DNA of 63,251 bases, counting the filler, from Reticulomyxa filosa (taxonomy: Eukaryota; Protista; Foraminifera), in assembly GCA_000512085.1 (NCBI GenBank). It is 20 parts of 20 records of this genome, joined end to end, with 100 filler letters (N's around TTAATTAATTAA, not from the genome) between each part and the next. Parts side by side here need not be neighbours in the genome. Positions count along the whole stretch, not along the records: positions 47,282 to 55,880 come from ASPP01004768.1; positions 55,981 to 59,455 come from ASPP01014610.1; positions 59,556 to 60,598 come from ASPP01050588.1; positions 60,699 to 62,151 come from ASPP01000865.1; 16 more parts are not named here. One strand, given 5' to 3'. The notes beneath the pieces are model-generated. The model made no database searches. It worked only from the letters and a program-made list of their open reading frames with translations, and was not told the DNA's origin. Shown piece after piece: positions 48,852 to 62,151 of this stretch (its first letter is position 1; the number at the start of each line of letters is the position of its first letter). The translations under genes and the position numbers were made by a program.

Positions 48852-51800
48852 CTATGGAAATGAACTCACTTCAGACACAAGCTCAGTGAAACTAACACTT
48901 CGATGAAAAGCTTTATTTTGTTTATCTGAAGGGACGTTATTTTCTGTAACTGTTCCTGCACTTTCAGGATAGTTCTCATCATCGTGGATAGTTATTTCCT
49001 CATCTCTTTCTGTAATAGCAACTCCTGTCCTGCCTGGCCTTGGGATATTTGACTTTTCAATTGATGTCGCATTACTGATGAGAAAAGACGCGGTCAAATC
49101 ATTTCGAATCGGAGCGAGGAATGAGCTAATGCGGCTCTGTTTGCAAAAAAAACATGTTATATAATATATTTGATTCAATCAAAAATAAGACAGTTTCCGA
49201 AATATATTGTTAAATTTCAGCACCTTGAAAATGTTAGTTTCGTGTTTAAGTCCGTTTACTGTGCTGAACGGAGAAGGGGGCCAAACAGACAAGAGAAAAA
49301 AATCTTACCATGTTGGTATGACGCTGTGGTTTTCGCTTGTTGGAAATCAAATTTTGATGCCTGGTCACGTCAAAAGTGTCTTGATTGGCCGGATCTCCTT
49401 CTTCTTCGGCTTCATGTATAGCATAATCATCGTAAGCAGGAGAACGTTCGTTCGGAGGTGTTCCAATCAAACGATTCGTGGATGAAGATAGGAATTGTTG
49501 ACTCAATTTTTTTTCAAGAACCAACGCTCGCATTCGTAGTGTCTGTAGACAATCGTCTAGGCAAATCTCAATGGCACAAAGTCCCTCAATTCGACTCATC
49601 ACTTCCCATGCAGATCGCTCGGAAATCCGCAAGCATTTTTGAATATGTTCATCCGTTGGATTCGTTAGCAAGCGCAGATAATCCGACGACTTAACATATG
49701 GAACAACGGTTACATCTCCAGTGTAACGTTGTGAAAGGGATGAGGTAAATGATTGAAATCCACTCACAATGCTCAATTCTCTTTTTATTTTTTATTTTTG
49801 TTCGTAGCAAAAATTGTTAGTTTTTTTTTTTGTTATAAGTAATTCTCTTGTAAAATTAAACTAAAAGAAGGTTTTTATACCTTAAATTAATAAGGACTGA
49901 TGATAAATACAATCGAAATTCATCTCCCAAAAATCGGAATATTCTACCGAACAAAGGGATCGGTGCCTTGAGACTATGCAACAAAAGGGGGACCAAATGA
50001 GGGTTAACTTGACTCACAATGAAATTATCTACATTAAATAATTGTTGCAATCGATTCATTGGTAAATCATGTGCTAATGATCCGTCTTCAAATGCCATAC
50101 CTTTTTTTTTAAAAAAAAAAGAAATTTTTTTTTGAACATGGAAAAGCAGGAGGAAAAAAAAAAAACCTTGTAAAAATATTGGATGTATCATCAATGATTC
50201 ATTTCCAAGGTGATCAACAGTAATTTCTTTTACATGCAACTCTTGCGCACCGAAAACCAATGGAATGGCACAAGAAGCAACTACGGCGGACCACACAACG
50301 ACATTCGGCGCAGTCAAATAGTTGAGTAGCCGTGGCATTGCGTTAGTGTCGGTACCTGTTACCGTGATGTTTAATATTCGGCCCGTCTTTTCATAAGCTT
50401 CTAAAAACGTAGCGTGTCCAATATCTTCACGTATTGCGTCTCGCAATACCATTGCGTCCAACAACTTGCCTGTTCTCCAAAAGCGTCTTTGATTATTATT
50501 GTTGTACATTATATATCCGCATTCTAGTTTTTTTAAAAATTGAAGTCATAATAGAAAGGAGACACGAAGAGAGAGGGGGAAAAAAAGGGGGAGTAAAGAG
50601 AAAAAAAAGTATGTACATGTACGGGACCTCAATCGGAAAAATAAAGATTGAAACCAAGTTTGAGAGTCATCTCGGTCAAAAAAGTGCAAATTCAACGCTT
50701 CCGGCCGAAGACATTGTTCAAATTCCGCATCAGTTTTAGTCCCAATGAGCGCTGCGATAATCGACCCAACACTTGAGCCAGTGACGATTCGCGGCAGCAA
50801 ATGTTGTTTCGTCAACGCAAGTACTATCCCAACGTGATACGACCCAAGCGTCGCCCCTCCACTTAAGCACAGCGACGTTCTCCCCATCACTTTTGTTTTA
50901 TTTTTGAGTCAGATGCATTATTCGTTCAAAAAGCCAGTGTTAAAGAATCCATGGGAAATGATAGGGTATGCCACAATTGCACGTACGTATATCAGTCATT
51001 ATATCGTAACAAGAGATGCAGACACAAGAAAAGACAAAAAAAGAAGGAACACATACCATGTCTTGTCTCTTGAAAGAAGACAATTTTTTCAGCAATAGTG
51101 GTGTTGGGATCGTACGTGTTTGCGATGAGTTCCAAAGCCTGAATGATATGATCATTGAAATCAGTGATAAGTTTTTTCGAGCCAATTTTGGTGACATTGT
51201 ATAAAGGCGCATTGTTAATGCCGCAATAATTGCGCATGATTCGCGGACGCACAAACTCCATTAATTCTTGCAAAGGCGATATTTGCAGCGCAGGTTTTGA
51301 GACATGCGATAATTGACCCAGAGGACTTTCCATAGCAGACGAGTTATCAGAACGAGGATGATTATAGGCATTATCATTTTCATTTGCATTATTATTATTG
51401 TTATTATTATTATTATTATCATTGTCATCATTGTCATTATTACTATTGTTGTTTAAAGTAGTACCAATGGCAGTTGTTGTTGTTGGGTTGTTGTCATCGT
51501 CTACTTGTCGATAATACAGCTTCACTTTGTGAATCAACTTTTGAAGTTTAATCAAGTCTGCTTTGATTAGAGAGTAATTGTAATGTTTGTCGATTGGGTT
51601 TCTTTTCCACTCGTGCAGTCCTTCCATTTCATCCAATTCATTGGCCACTTTTTTATACTCTTCGAAAGTGGTACATTTGAGGTGGTCTTTGTGCAGTTTC
51701 TTATACTTTTTTAACCACGTTTTTCCGTACATCAATCGCAAATACACATTCAAACGTACTTTTTCCGCTATTGCTGTTGTCATTCTTCGAAATAGCGACG

Positions 51801-52125
51801 GTGCCACAAACAATATACAAAACAACAATAAATGTCGTATACACAATGTAAACATCAAATCCGGTGCCAATAACCACATTACACTCGTTTTTAGTGCCAC
51901 CATCTTCTTATGCACTTCGTTGCCTATTCCTTTCAATACTTGTGTCATGTACGTTTTCAACGTCGATATTGGCGCTTTTCGAAACTCGGCCGACAGTTTC
52001 ACATTCGAGTAGTCCTTCATTATCTCCCATATCTCTAGCACCAGTTCAAAAACTTGACGGATCCAGATCTTCAATTCCTTTATTGCCCAGTGCAACGTCA
52101 GCAGCTTTGAGAAAGCTTGTCCCAT
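48852..52125 (-). CDS. Patatin-like triacylglycerol lipase (SDP1/TGL3-5 family), multi-exon
   Basis: DUF3336-like N-region, GRTSLCLSGGATLG.YHVG, catalytic VTGSSVGS, TFLEAYEKTGRILNITV, LLNYLTAPNVVVWSAVVASCA, FEDGS, FIVSQVNPH, Q.YTGDVTV; N-terminal MGQAFSK. Confidence 0.93.
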
Positions 52126-52564
52126 TTTTTACACTTTCTTCCTCAAAAACAAACAAAAAATAAAGACTCTTGATCAATCGATTCCTTAAAAAAAAAAGGC
52201 CAATTTGACCTTTTTAATGTTTTTGAGGAAAGCTACCAGTTTTTACCTAAAAAAACTCTTTGTACAGTTACAATACACAATTTTTTTTAACTTGTTGCTA
52301 ACGTCTTCAAATTAACAAGCCGCTTTAAGTTATCATTTTCACAAAATTAAGACTTAAACGCAACATTTTAAGAGCTATCTCATTTTAATCGGCTCTGGTC
52401 ACAGGCCTCATATTGTGGTGGAAATTTTTGAGCGAATATCGAGGAGAAAAATAAAATTAACAGTAGAATAGTTAACCTTTTTGATTTTGAATTTTCAAAA
52501 AGTAATTCTTTTATAGGAAAAAAATGTAATGTTAATCACTCCACGGTTTTTTAAAAGAATGGCT

Positions 52565-52999
52565 TTATCCCCAAGCAGGTGTGAGTGAATAGTACAAAAT
52601 CAATTCAGTGCTTACTTTGAAGCACTCGTACAAGTCTCCAATGCGCTGGTCCATTTCAGGACAAAATGCTTGATTGCAGTAGATATGCTATTGTGGACAA
52701 TCACAAACATATTTGAGGATATATCTAGTCAAAAGCTTTGATTTTGAACACCCAACTAATTCCTCTTGTGGAGATTGCTTCAATTGAGTTTTTAGAAAAA
52801 CTACCAACGAAAAAAATTGCTTATCACTGCCAACTTTGAATTTCTTTTGTTTCAAAATCGGTGCGTTGGCTACAGGTCGAAAATGGACAACAATTTTTTC
52901 TGGATATGGTACAAACACTAGCGGCACTTTTTTGTCTTCTGTATCATGGATTTCCGGGATCTCTTCCTCAGTATTTTCTATTTCTTGGGCCTCTGTCAT
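52565..52999 (-). CDS. ATG12: Ubiquitin-like protein ATG12; exons 52999-52757 and 52687-52565
   Basis: KIVVHFRPVANAPILKQKKFKV...FL..QL|HIYCNQAFCP..DQRIGDLYECF...LILYYS.TPAWG*; C-terminal Gly retained. Confidence 0.95.
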
Positions 53000-53552
53000 C
53001 TAAATTTTTTTTCTATGACGGTGCCCCATTCAAAAAACGTTAACAAAAAAAAAACTTGTCAACAGTAGTATCTCGATGCGTAGAAGCTGTAACAAGCCTA
53101 TTGAAAAACAGTTAATGATTTACTAATTGCATTTGATTTCTTTTCAAAAAGTGATTTGCACATGTGTACGTTTCGAGAACTCAAAAACGAAATGGTCTTT
53201 GTTTCGTGATTCTTGTCTTTGGTCATGAGCACATTAGATTTTTTCATTCTCCTCTAATATGGCTCAGGGACCCTTTCCTTGAATCTTGGAAGGAAGAAAA
53301 CAAAAAATCAGTATTGATTTTGTTCACTTGCAAAGAACATGTATGCAAAGTTCCAGTGCAATAAAAACAATCGAAAAAGTCTATTTAGCTTCGAAGCACA
53401 CATCAAGTGCAGAAAAACAACACAAAACTCGATTTATTTAGGCCTTTTAACAAAGTGAATGCTCTCTCAACATTTTTTTCCTTGCTTGCTTTGGCTTGTT
53501 TTTTTAAAGTCCCCGTTTTTTTTAATAGTGGTAAAAAAATGAAAAATTTTTT

Positions 53553-54474
53553 TTACAAAATCATGCAACAACCACCTTGTTGGGACTGTAAATAATCGGC
53601 AGTAGTGTTATGTCCAGCTTTTCTAGCATAGTTATTGGCAGTGTAGCCCATGTTGTCAACCTCAGTGATACTGACGTTTAGGTCTTCAATTAATTTTTTG
53701 CAGGTCTCCAAATCTCCTCGCGCGGCACAGCAATGCAAAAATGTACGATTAGTTGTTCTGCCTTTTTTGGAAGGATCGCAATGGTGCCGAAATATCAAAT
53801 CATATGCAATGTCATAGTATTTATTGTCGTCTTTGCTTACAAAGTCTAAACAATAACTTAGTGGTGTTCGACGCTGTTTATCTTCGCCATTTACATTGGC
53901 TTTATGTTTTATCAACAATTCTACGATCTCTTTGTTCCCTATTTTTCAATGCAAAAAAAATAAAATAAATAATAAGTGAAAATGATAAACATATACATAT
54001 AAAAATATACATATGTACAAACATATACATATATAAATACACATATATGTACATATGTATATACGTAACACAATGTGATACATTACACAAAGACAAACCG
54101 TTCTCAGCAGCGTCCATTAAAGGCGTTCTCCCTAATTTGTCTCCTTGATCGACGTTTGCTCCGTTACTTAACAACAATTCAGCACACTCAACGTGTTCAT
54201 TACTTACTGCTTGCAGCAATGCTGTCGCATGTCCAAACGATGTTTTTGCATTTACTTCGGGTGAAAACTCCAACAATGCTTCCGCTACCTTCACATACCC
54301 TTTCGTGCTTGCCAGTATTAATGGTGTCACTTCTTCTAGGGTTTGTCGAAATTGTACACCCACATTCGCTCCATTTTGTAATGCTTCTTTCACCTCTCGA
54401 GGATTGTTGTTTTTACATGCTTCAATCAAAGCGCTATCGATTGGACTTACAGGTTCATTTACACCAGTGTTCAT
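53553..54474 (-). CDS. Ankyrin-repeat protein ending in CCMIL (CaaL), 2 exons
   Basis: TPLILAS.KG, TALLQAV, GRTPLMDAAENG, RTPL, TFLHCCAARG; stop directly after GGCCMIL. Confidence 0.92.
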
Positions 54475-54707
54475 GATTTTTCCCTTGGACTCACTTTCCC
54501 CTTTTTTTCCTCCTTTTTTAAAGGAACGCCATATTGATAACGCACTCAAAGCAGAAAATATTTAAAAATATATAAATTGAGGAACATTTGTTATCATGTT
54601 TTCAATGTTTAATAGAAAGACACGAAAATTAAGATATATCGCTCATTTGGCGATTGGAGAAAACGTATGCTAATTAAGAACAATGAAAAACAGCACGTTG
54701 ATTTCCC

Positions 54708-55760
54708 TCAAAAGAAACAATTTTTGTCACAGCCATTCATAAAAAAGTTTTTTTCAACAAAAAAAGTCCCAAAACGAAATTTTCTTAAAAAGGCTTGTTT
54801 TCGCTTTTTTTGTCGGCGACCCGGTTGAGAATATTGACTGTCTAAAACTCCTTCTTTCTCTTGTACATCCCCATCTTCTAAAGACAGATCATTGAGATAC
54901 CTGTGATTTTTTATGGCTTGTGCATCATTTTGAGAAGTTTCACTTTTGCAATAGCTCTCCAATAAGTGAACAATTGTTTCATATTCTTCATTGGGCGGAG
55001 GTTCGGCAGCGCCAGACAATATTTCTTCGCAAGTCACCGTTTTTTTGTAAAACGCAGCATTGCAATCAGGTCTGACGCTGATTACTTTTCCTTTTTGGCA
55101 ACAACAAAAAACCTCACTCCAAAACGATGAGTATTGTTATCCCGTCCTCCTGCTTTCAAACAAATTTTTTGTTGTTGTTGAGTTCCTTTTGTTTTGTTTT
55201 TTTTTAAAAGGGGTAACACACCATCCAAGGCCAGTCCTCCATAAAGTCCTTGAGCATGAGAGTAGCTAAATACTACACTAACTCCTTTATCACCAGCTCC
55301 AACACTTCCAGAAGCTTCCCTTCCAATTGGACCTATTTTTTTTTTTTTTGCCCCCTCTTTCCTCTTACCAATCTCAATGTGAAAATATGATTAACAAATG
55401 GTTTGGATATCCAAGAGTATATAATTAGACATCATCATGTGCCCATTATACATACATATATGTATATGTACATGTATATGTTATATGATATATGATATAT
55501 CATATATGTGTATATGTGTATATGGACACATGACCTGCAGCGACTTGAATCTCTCCGCCCAAGCGCAATTGACCCTTCCCTGTGAATTGCCTCACAGCCA
55601 TTTCATTCGGAAGAATCATTACATAATCGATCTTACTTGCTCCTGCCAAAAACCCTACAGACACTCCTGCCGCGCCAACCGAAGCAGGGCCGGACCATCC
55701 TTTGCCATCAGGACGTCTTGCTATTACTACTCCAGTGCCAACGTTGCCTTTACATATCAT
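54708..55760 (-). CDS. SYLF (Ysc84/SH3YL1 actin- and lipid-binding) domain protein, 5' partial, multi-exon
   Basis: GTGVVIARRPDGKGWSGP...SVGFLAGA...DYVMIL...LGGEIQVAAG|PIGREA...FSYSHAQGLYGGLALDG|KVISVRPDCNAAFY...EEILSG. Confidence 0.92.
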
Positions 55761-56035
55761 AACATTTTAAAACAATTTGCAATGCCAAAAAAAAAACAAC
55801 ACGTGTTCATATGTGTGTATACACATATATAATGTTTCAACAAACTACACAAATACGCAGGTATGCGCAAAAATTGGTACNNNNNNNNNNNNNNNNNNNN
55901 NNNNNNNNNNNNNNNNNNNNNNNNTTAATTAATTAANNNNNNNNNNNNNNNNNNNNNNNNNNNNNNNNNNNNNNNNNNNNAAAAATAAAATAAAAAAAAA
56001 TTAATAAAAAAAAAAAAAAAAAGCCAGCAAAGAGT

Positions 56036-56767
56036 ATGGACAACGATGATGATGACAATACGAAACGACAGTCGCAAAAACAAAGACATTCAATAACTTT
56101 GACGGATACCCTTTGCCTGGGAATGGACCCATTTTTAAGTGATATGAATATGAACAGTAGTGACGGCATTAAGACGAATAGGAACACTTGCCATAACAAT
56201 GTGCTGGGAGATATGTTCACAATTGTCAACGATGACGGCAATGACAGACAAGAACACGTGGAGCTGTTTGAGAGTTGTTCCAAACCTAACCGTGATACTG
56301 TCGACAGCAACAAGGCTTCTCTGGTCGCGCCTGACTCCGCCTTGGTTACGATCGCAGAGACGGACACGACGTCTCCTCAAGAACAACCCAAAAAAGGTTC
56401 TTTACAGGAGTATATTAGAAGCAGGGAAGCCTATCAACGACAAGTCAAAGCCTTGGCTCGCCAAGGAAGCAAGGATGCCGAACACAATCAACAGCTGCCT
56501 CCACTGCAATCTCAACCCATACACAACACTGAACGTCGCGAGGAAATAAAAGAAAGCCACAAAGAACAAATCGATGCTCACAACGATGATCACGTAGATA
56601 TTGATCCGCACAATGATCATCGCAGAAAATGGATTAAAGTTGCTGTTTGTGTGTCACATTTTTTATTGGGTGTGGCCACTTATCTATCCAATGAAGCTTC
56701 TACTACCTTCACTTCCAGCGATCCCCCCTCTCGCGATACTTACAACAATACCAAAAAAGAAACGTAG
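56036..56767 (+). CDS. Hypothetical low-complexity protein exon
   Basis: 243-aa ORF with coding-like composition; no recognisable domain. Confidence 0.5.
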   Translation: MDNDDDDNTKRQSQKQRHSITLTDTLCLGMDPFLSDMNMNSSDGIKTNRNTCHNNVLGDMFTIVNDDGNDRQEHVELFESCSKPNRDTVDSNKASLVAPDSALVTIAETDTTSPQEQPKKGSLQEYIRSREAYQRQVKALARQGSKDAEHNQQLPPLQSQPIHNTERREEIKESHKEQIDAHNDDHVDIDPHNDHRRKWIKVAVCVSHFLLGVATYLSNEASTTFTSSDPPSRDTYNNTKKET

Positions 56768-57895
56768 CTAAAAAAAAAATTAAACTCTGAGGTAGACTCT
56801 AGACGTCGTCTTTTTGATTTTCATTTGTATCATGAAATGTTTTCCATTTGCCCCTCGTTTTTTGGAACTTGTTTACTATTTTGTGACATGTTTTTTCTTT
56901 TTTTTTTGTCACAATGTTTCGGCACCAAAAAAAAAAAGATCACTGCTGGTGAATAAATGTGAAATAGTTTAGGATAAGTTGAAAAAAAAAAGGGACACAT
57001 GAAATTCCGAAGGGGAATAACTTTTAATTTCAAGCATACGCCGCATTCATCGGTCTGTTTTCGTCCCCTACTCTTACAATTCATCAATAAAAAACACTCA
57101 GTTGCATGATATCACTGTATGTACTTAATATGAATCCTACAAAAAAACCCAAGTTATACAATAACAAAAAATCACAACCGCATGAACAAAACTGTTCAAA
57201 CTACCTCGTCCTATTTATACGGTGCGAACAACAGATTATGTGATTTAAAAAATCAATGTATTAGCTTGAAAATTTTTTTTATGCAGAAAAAGATATCAAT
57301 TTCTAAGGAACATTGTTGTCAGCTATAAAAGCAAAATGCTCAATCACTACGAAAAGTGACCAAAAAAAGGAAAGATATAAGATAATTTGACAATTGTAAT
57401 CACAAATCAAGTTCACTTCAAAAGCACAACAAATAGCAAAATCCCTGTCTCATCATCTCTCACCGGACGCAACACAAAACTGGGAACAATAAGCAAAACA
57501 ATAAACAAAACAAACAAAAAAAACAAAACAAACAAAAAAATCAAAAGAGAATATTAAAAAGTGCATTTGTTTCATTTTGAGTTTCTCCCCTCTGTTGTTC
57601 ACAACAACCTAAAGGTGAACATAGCTTGACGACCTTTACAACTCGCGAATCGAACATAAAGCAAAGGAAAGAAAGGGAAACAAGTCGAATTGTAAACAAA
57701 ACAACACAGCAAGAAAAAAATGAATAATATACCCAAAAAAAAAAAAGCTGAAAACAAACAAAGCAAAAATAAACAAAAGGAAGTCGAGAAGATAGAAGGA
57801 GAAACATAAAAATTTTCTCCTTCAATCACTAAAAAGTTTACAAAAAAAAAAAAAAAAAAAAGAGAAAGGCAGTTTTTGTTCAACCACTTTAGTGG

Positions 57896-59455
57896 TTACT
57901 TCAAGACGAGTTCATCTTCGTGAATGGGATGCAAGACAACCTCAGTTCGATTCGGATCGAACGAATGATTTTGTGTTGTATGCATATCAATCCCATGTGC
58001 CTGCGCTTCCAAAGGAAATGTCGGAGCGCTTTTCGTTGTGACATTTCCTGTCTGTTGTCGGGCCTGTTCGGAATCACTTGCGGTCCAAGGTTTGGCCGAA
58101 TGAATTAATCCACGCGTTGCATTTTGAGGCGTAGCAGCCTTCATCGTATAGGAATAGCTCGGTTGAATATCGTGGCCTGACATAAGATCTTTTTGCTTCA
58201 GAAATAAGCTGTGACTTTTAATGGGATGCGTTTGCAATCCTTCTGTACCACGACTTGCTGAACGAGCAGATAACGGCGTAACTTGCTTGTCACGCTATTT
58301 CAATTGATTGTGCCCACATACACACAAATATATACACAATATATATATATATACATATATATATGTATATATATTGATTTATTCATTTTGTGTACTCAAC
58401 AGGATTTTGTTGGTTTGTAATATAAGTCAATAATTGATCTTGAATTTTGTGCCTTTTTTTTGCAGTGGTTTCGTAGGTTTGTGGAGTTTGGCATTGTCGG
58501 GAAGCTTGAGACAAAGGCTGACGCCGTTGGTAACCGTCGTCTGTGAAAGGACCGTTTTCTCCTCGTTCTTGCGGTGACACTTTCTTCGTCACGTCGATTG
58601 TCAATCCTTGCAAACCACTTTTGGCAAGCAATTCTTTGTGTGTTTCTTCTTCACTTGCGCTTTCGTCATTGTTTTCGCCATCTCCATCGTCTTGGCCGTA
58701 GTTCTCATCCACCATTACTAAATCATCTAATTATTTATTATTTATTATTTATTACTTATTATTATTTAAAAAAAAAAGAATTAAATAATTGATACGTATA
58801 CATACGCATATACGTATACAAAATGCACAATCAATCGCGTACCTATTTGCTTTTCGTCATCATTGATATTGTGAGTGGGGTTTGCATTGGCATCAATCTT
58901 TTTGGAATGCAAGGAGGAGCTGCTATGATCATCGTCATGTCTTTGTCTCTTTGGTTTGGCAACAACAACAACAACAGCAACATCAATATCAACATTAACA
59001 TCAACAGCAGCAGCAGCAGCAGTACTAGTGATAGTACCAGTGGGAGCAATATATTGTGGATATTGTTTGACGGCCTTTGGACGATGGCCTAAGCCGAGCA
59101 AGGAGTTGGCTTTGGCCAGTTCCAGTTGCATGTTGATGTTGACGTTGGCGGCATTGGATCCCGGCTTGTGAAGTGTGTTTTTATTGATCGGGGAGACGTC
59201 GTCGTCATAGGACAGCGGACTAATGTTTTCGTCGTGGCCAAGGGAAGACATGGCCGTGCCCGCGTGGTCCAGGTCTTGCGTACTGTCGAGCACAGGAGCA
59301 GTTTGCAAGACGCTTGGAAGACGTGCGTGCATTTCCACCACCTGCGTCTTCAGCTGCTGCGTTGTCGTTTGTTGATGTTTCATCGAGTCTGCCACGGACA
59401 ATGGTACTGGCTGCATGTGTTGACCAGCTGTGTACCAATTGTTGCATTTACATAA
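57896..59455 (-). CDS. Multi-exon hypothetical low-complexity protein (5' partial)
   Basis: Colinear ORFs 58781-59416, 58383-58715 and 57896-58237 separated by AT-rich introns. Confidence 0.6.
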
Positions 59456-59666
59456 NNNNNNNNNNNNNNNNNNNNNNNNNNNNNNNNNNNNNNNNNNNNT
59501 TAATTAATTAANNNNNNNNNNNNNNNNNNNNNNNNNNNNNNNNNNNNNNNNNNNNTTCATGGGTCAAAACTGCATTTTTTGGGATTGTTTGCTTTTTATT
59601 CCTCGCAAGTTGCGTAATTTGGAAATTAAGGTGTTAGAAAGTGGTTTTGTTTTTTTGCAAAAAGAA

Positions 59667-60335
59667 ATGGGTTTATGTATGCGCAAGGACGGCGACCTGC
59701 AAGACGTTGTGTCAAAGATAGCAATTGGTGACCCTAGCGTAAAAAACAAGAAAGAGGATCTTGTCGAAGAGAAAGCAAAAGGGGCAATGAAAACGCAAAG
59801 TAAAAGTGCGGAAACATTATCAATACGGGTATTTGGCGATTCATGTGCGAACGTATCTTTCCCTTCGCATTCCTCCGGAGAAGCGCAAACAAGTTCCAGT
59901 GTACCCATGGAACAAGCGGGAATCCGCGCGAGTAGTAATATGATCCCAACATCTATTCCGCAAACACAAGCACGAGCACAAGTACGACAACAAGTCAATC
60001 CGCCATTGACCCCCAATCCAAGTGCGGCAATTGAATCGATTGGAAAAAGTAAAACATTGACACCAATCATTTCGAACACGTTGAGTTCGATGCAACATAT
60101 TATTAAAGAAGTAGAAAAAGAAAAAAAAGAAGACGAAAGGAAATGTGAACAGAACCAATTGGCACAAATTTCATCAAACGACGATGCTGTAAGAACGACC
60201 CAAGACAAGAGTGAACACACTGTAAAGTTGGCGGAGGAAATGCAAACACTCACGAATTGATTATTGTGGCTCCAATATCAAGCGGTATTTCGGGACATGT
60301 TTTCGAAGTGGTCGATAAAAATGCCAAGCAATAAA
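59667..60335 (+). pseudogene. Truncated protein-kinase-like pseudogene with MGLC acylation motif
   Basis: MGLCMRK and a long disordered N-terminus; after a frameshift at ~60258, IIVAPISSGISGHVFEVVDK* resembles kinase subdomain I, then coding signal stops. Confidence 0.5.
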
Positions 60336-60561
60336 TTTTTCACATAAAATTAAAATAATTTTAAAAATATTTCAAAGCAATCAAATCATAATTATCAGTA
60401 TATCATTGACTTTCATTCAATAAAATGGAAATGATTGAATTTTTTTATTCAATGAAACAGGATCATTAAATTTTTTTCCCCATGAAATGGGATAGTTGAA
60501 TTTTTATTTTCTTTTAATAAAAAGATTTATATTGCAATTTCTGATAAAAGTAGCTAATGTA

Positions 60562-60598
60562 CAGTAGGTTGCAAAGAAAACTGAACGCCTAAAACGAT
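60562..60598 (+). mobile_element. Putative Tc1/mariner-like terminal inverted repeat, copy 3
   Basis: TA|CAGTAGGTTGCAAAGAAAACTGAACGCCTAAAACG at the contig end. Confidence 0.55.
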
Positions 60599-60698
60599 NN
60601 NNNNNNNNNNNNNNNNNNNNNNNNNNNNNNNNNNNNNNNNNNTTAATTAATTAANNNNNNNNNNNNNNNNNNNNNNNNNNNNNNNNNNNNNNNNNNNN

Positions 60699-60965
60699 AA
60701 TTCATTTGATGTATTACTCCATACACTTATATATTTCATCACCAATGTATGTTTATAATTTCCACCAAAGACAACAAAGTGATTTGATTGTTGTCTTTGT
60801 CGTTGTTACTGTTGCTATCTACCAGTTTCACTACACAGTGTCCAAGTAATTGAACATCACTTGGATACTCACAGATAAACTTGTATTCGTTTTTAAGTGT
60901 ATGATATGAATAACAAGCTCTTTTCTTACAATCTCCAAATAATTTCATTTGTTAAACATTGTTGT
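60699..60965 (-). pseudogene. Kelch-repeat expanded-family pseudogene fragment
   Basis: KRACYSYHTLKNEYKFICEYPSDVQLLGHCVVKLVD...NQITLLS, frameshifted at both ends. Confidence 0.85.
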
Positions 60966-60970
60966 CAGTC

Positions 60971-61118
60971 TTGAAATAACGAAAATATCGGAAACACGGA
61001 TGTTGTACCTTTCTTTTTAAATTAAAAAATAACCAAAAAATCAGTTATCAAGAATCTTGAAATGATTTATACTTGTGTAGCTTTAAATTGTATTTACATT
61101 TAGTCTTTGTCTGTACAA
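60971..61118 (-). repeat. Dispersed ~150-160-bp repeat, copy B
   Basis: Reverse complement aligns with 31878-32040. Confidence 0.85.
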
Positions 61119-61696
61119 AATCCTTAAGACTTACAAACAAGTTCTTTTTTAGTGAAATTAAAAAAAAGATAGTTCTATGGTATTTTATCCTTTTCGTTTC
61201 TTTGCATTATGAAATGATTGGAGTTTTTAATGGTGTCTTCCACTAAATTGGGCGCTACGATATTCCTGAGGCGCCGCCTTATTTATTTTTTTCTTTTCCG
61301 ATTTTTCCTTACTTTGCTTTTTAAAAATTTGAATGGTACTTTTTTTGTTTTGCAATTTGATTTGATTAACCGACAATTGAATATAAAAAATCAAATGGTA
61401 TACCATAGACAGTATTTTTTACTGCAAATGCAATGTCAGCGCATCTTAGAACTTCTTTTTCTTCAAGAAAAATAAAAAGTAAATTGATATCATGATTGCA
61501 ATAACTTTTTTCCATAAATTCACTTTTTTCTTCTTCATATTTTTATTATTTGGTTGCATCCTCCATGCTTCAAAAGAAGATAATAATATTTTTATTTTTT
61601 TAAAAAATTAGCTTAATTAAATTGGCACCTTTTTTGCATGATATTTATTATTTAATTCAATCAAATACTACACAATTGAAAAAAAAAAGATAAGAT

Positions 61697-62151
61697 TTAT
61701 TCCCAAATATAAATTGAACCTTTTTTTGAGCCATAAAATAGACAAATACCATGATCATCTTTTAAATTTTTCTTTTTTAATGGTGCAAATGTAAGACAAG
61801 ATATTCCATTATTTTGTCTCTCGTCTCCTTTGATTATATGTAATTCTCTCTTATTTGATCGAATATCCCAAAAACGAATTGTATTATCCCATGATCCAGA
61901 ACATATCACATTTGAATTACCAATATTATTCTTTATTATAAATGGTGAATATTCAACAGCATAAACAAAATTTTTATGTCCATTAAACACTTGAACACTT
62001 TTATCAAGTCGAATATCCCACAAACGAACATTATAATCACCTGATCCAGATAATATTGTATTTCCTAATGCATTTGATCCATATTTTACGCTAAATACTG
62101 TACGTTCATGTCCTTTGAATACATTTAATTGTTTAGTTGTTTCAATATCCC
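61697..62151 (-). CDS. C-terminal part of an expanded-family WD40 protein
   Basis: DIETTKQLNVFKGH...TILSGSGDYNVRLWDIR...FNGH...VEYSPF...ICSGSWDNTIRFWDIRSNK...IYIWE*. Confidence 0.9.
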
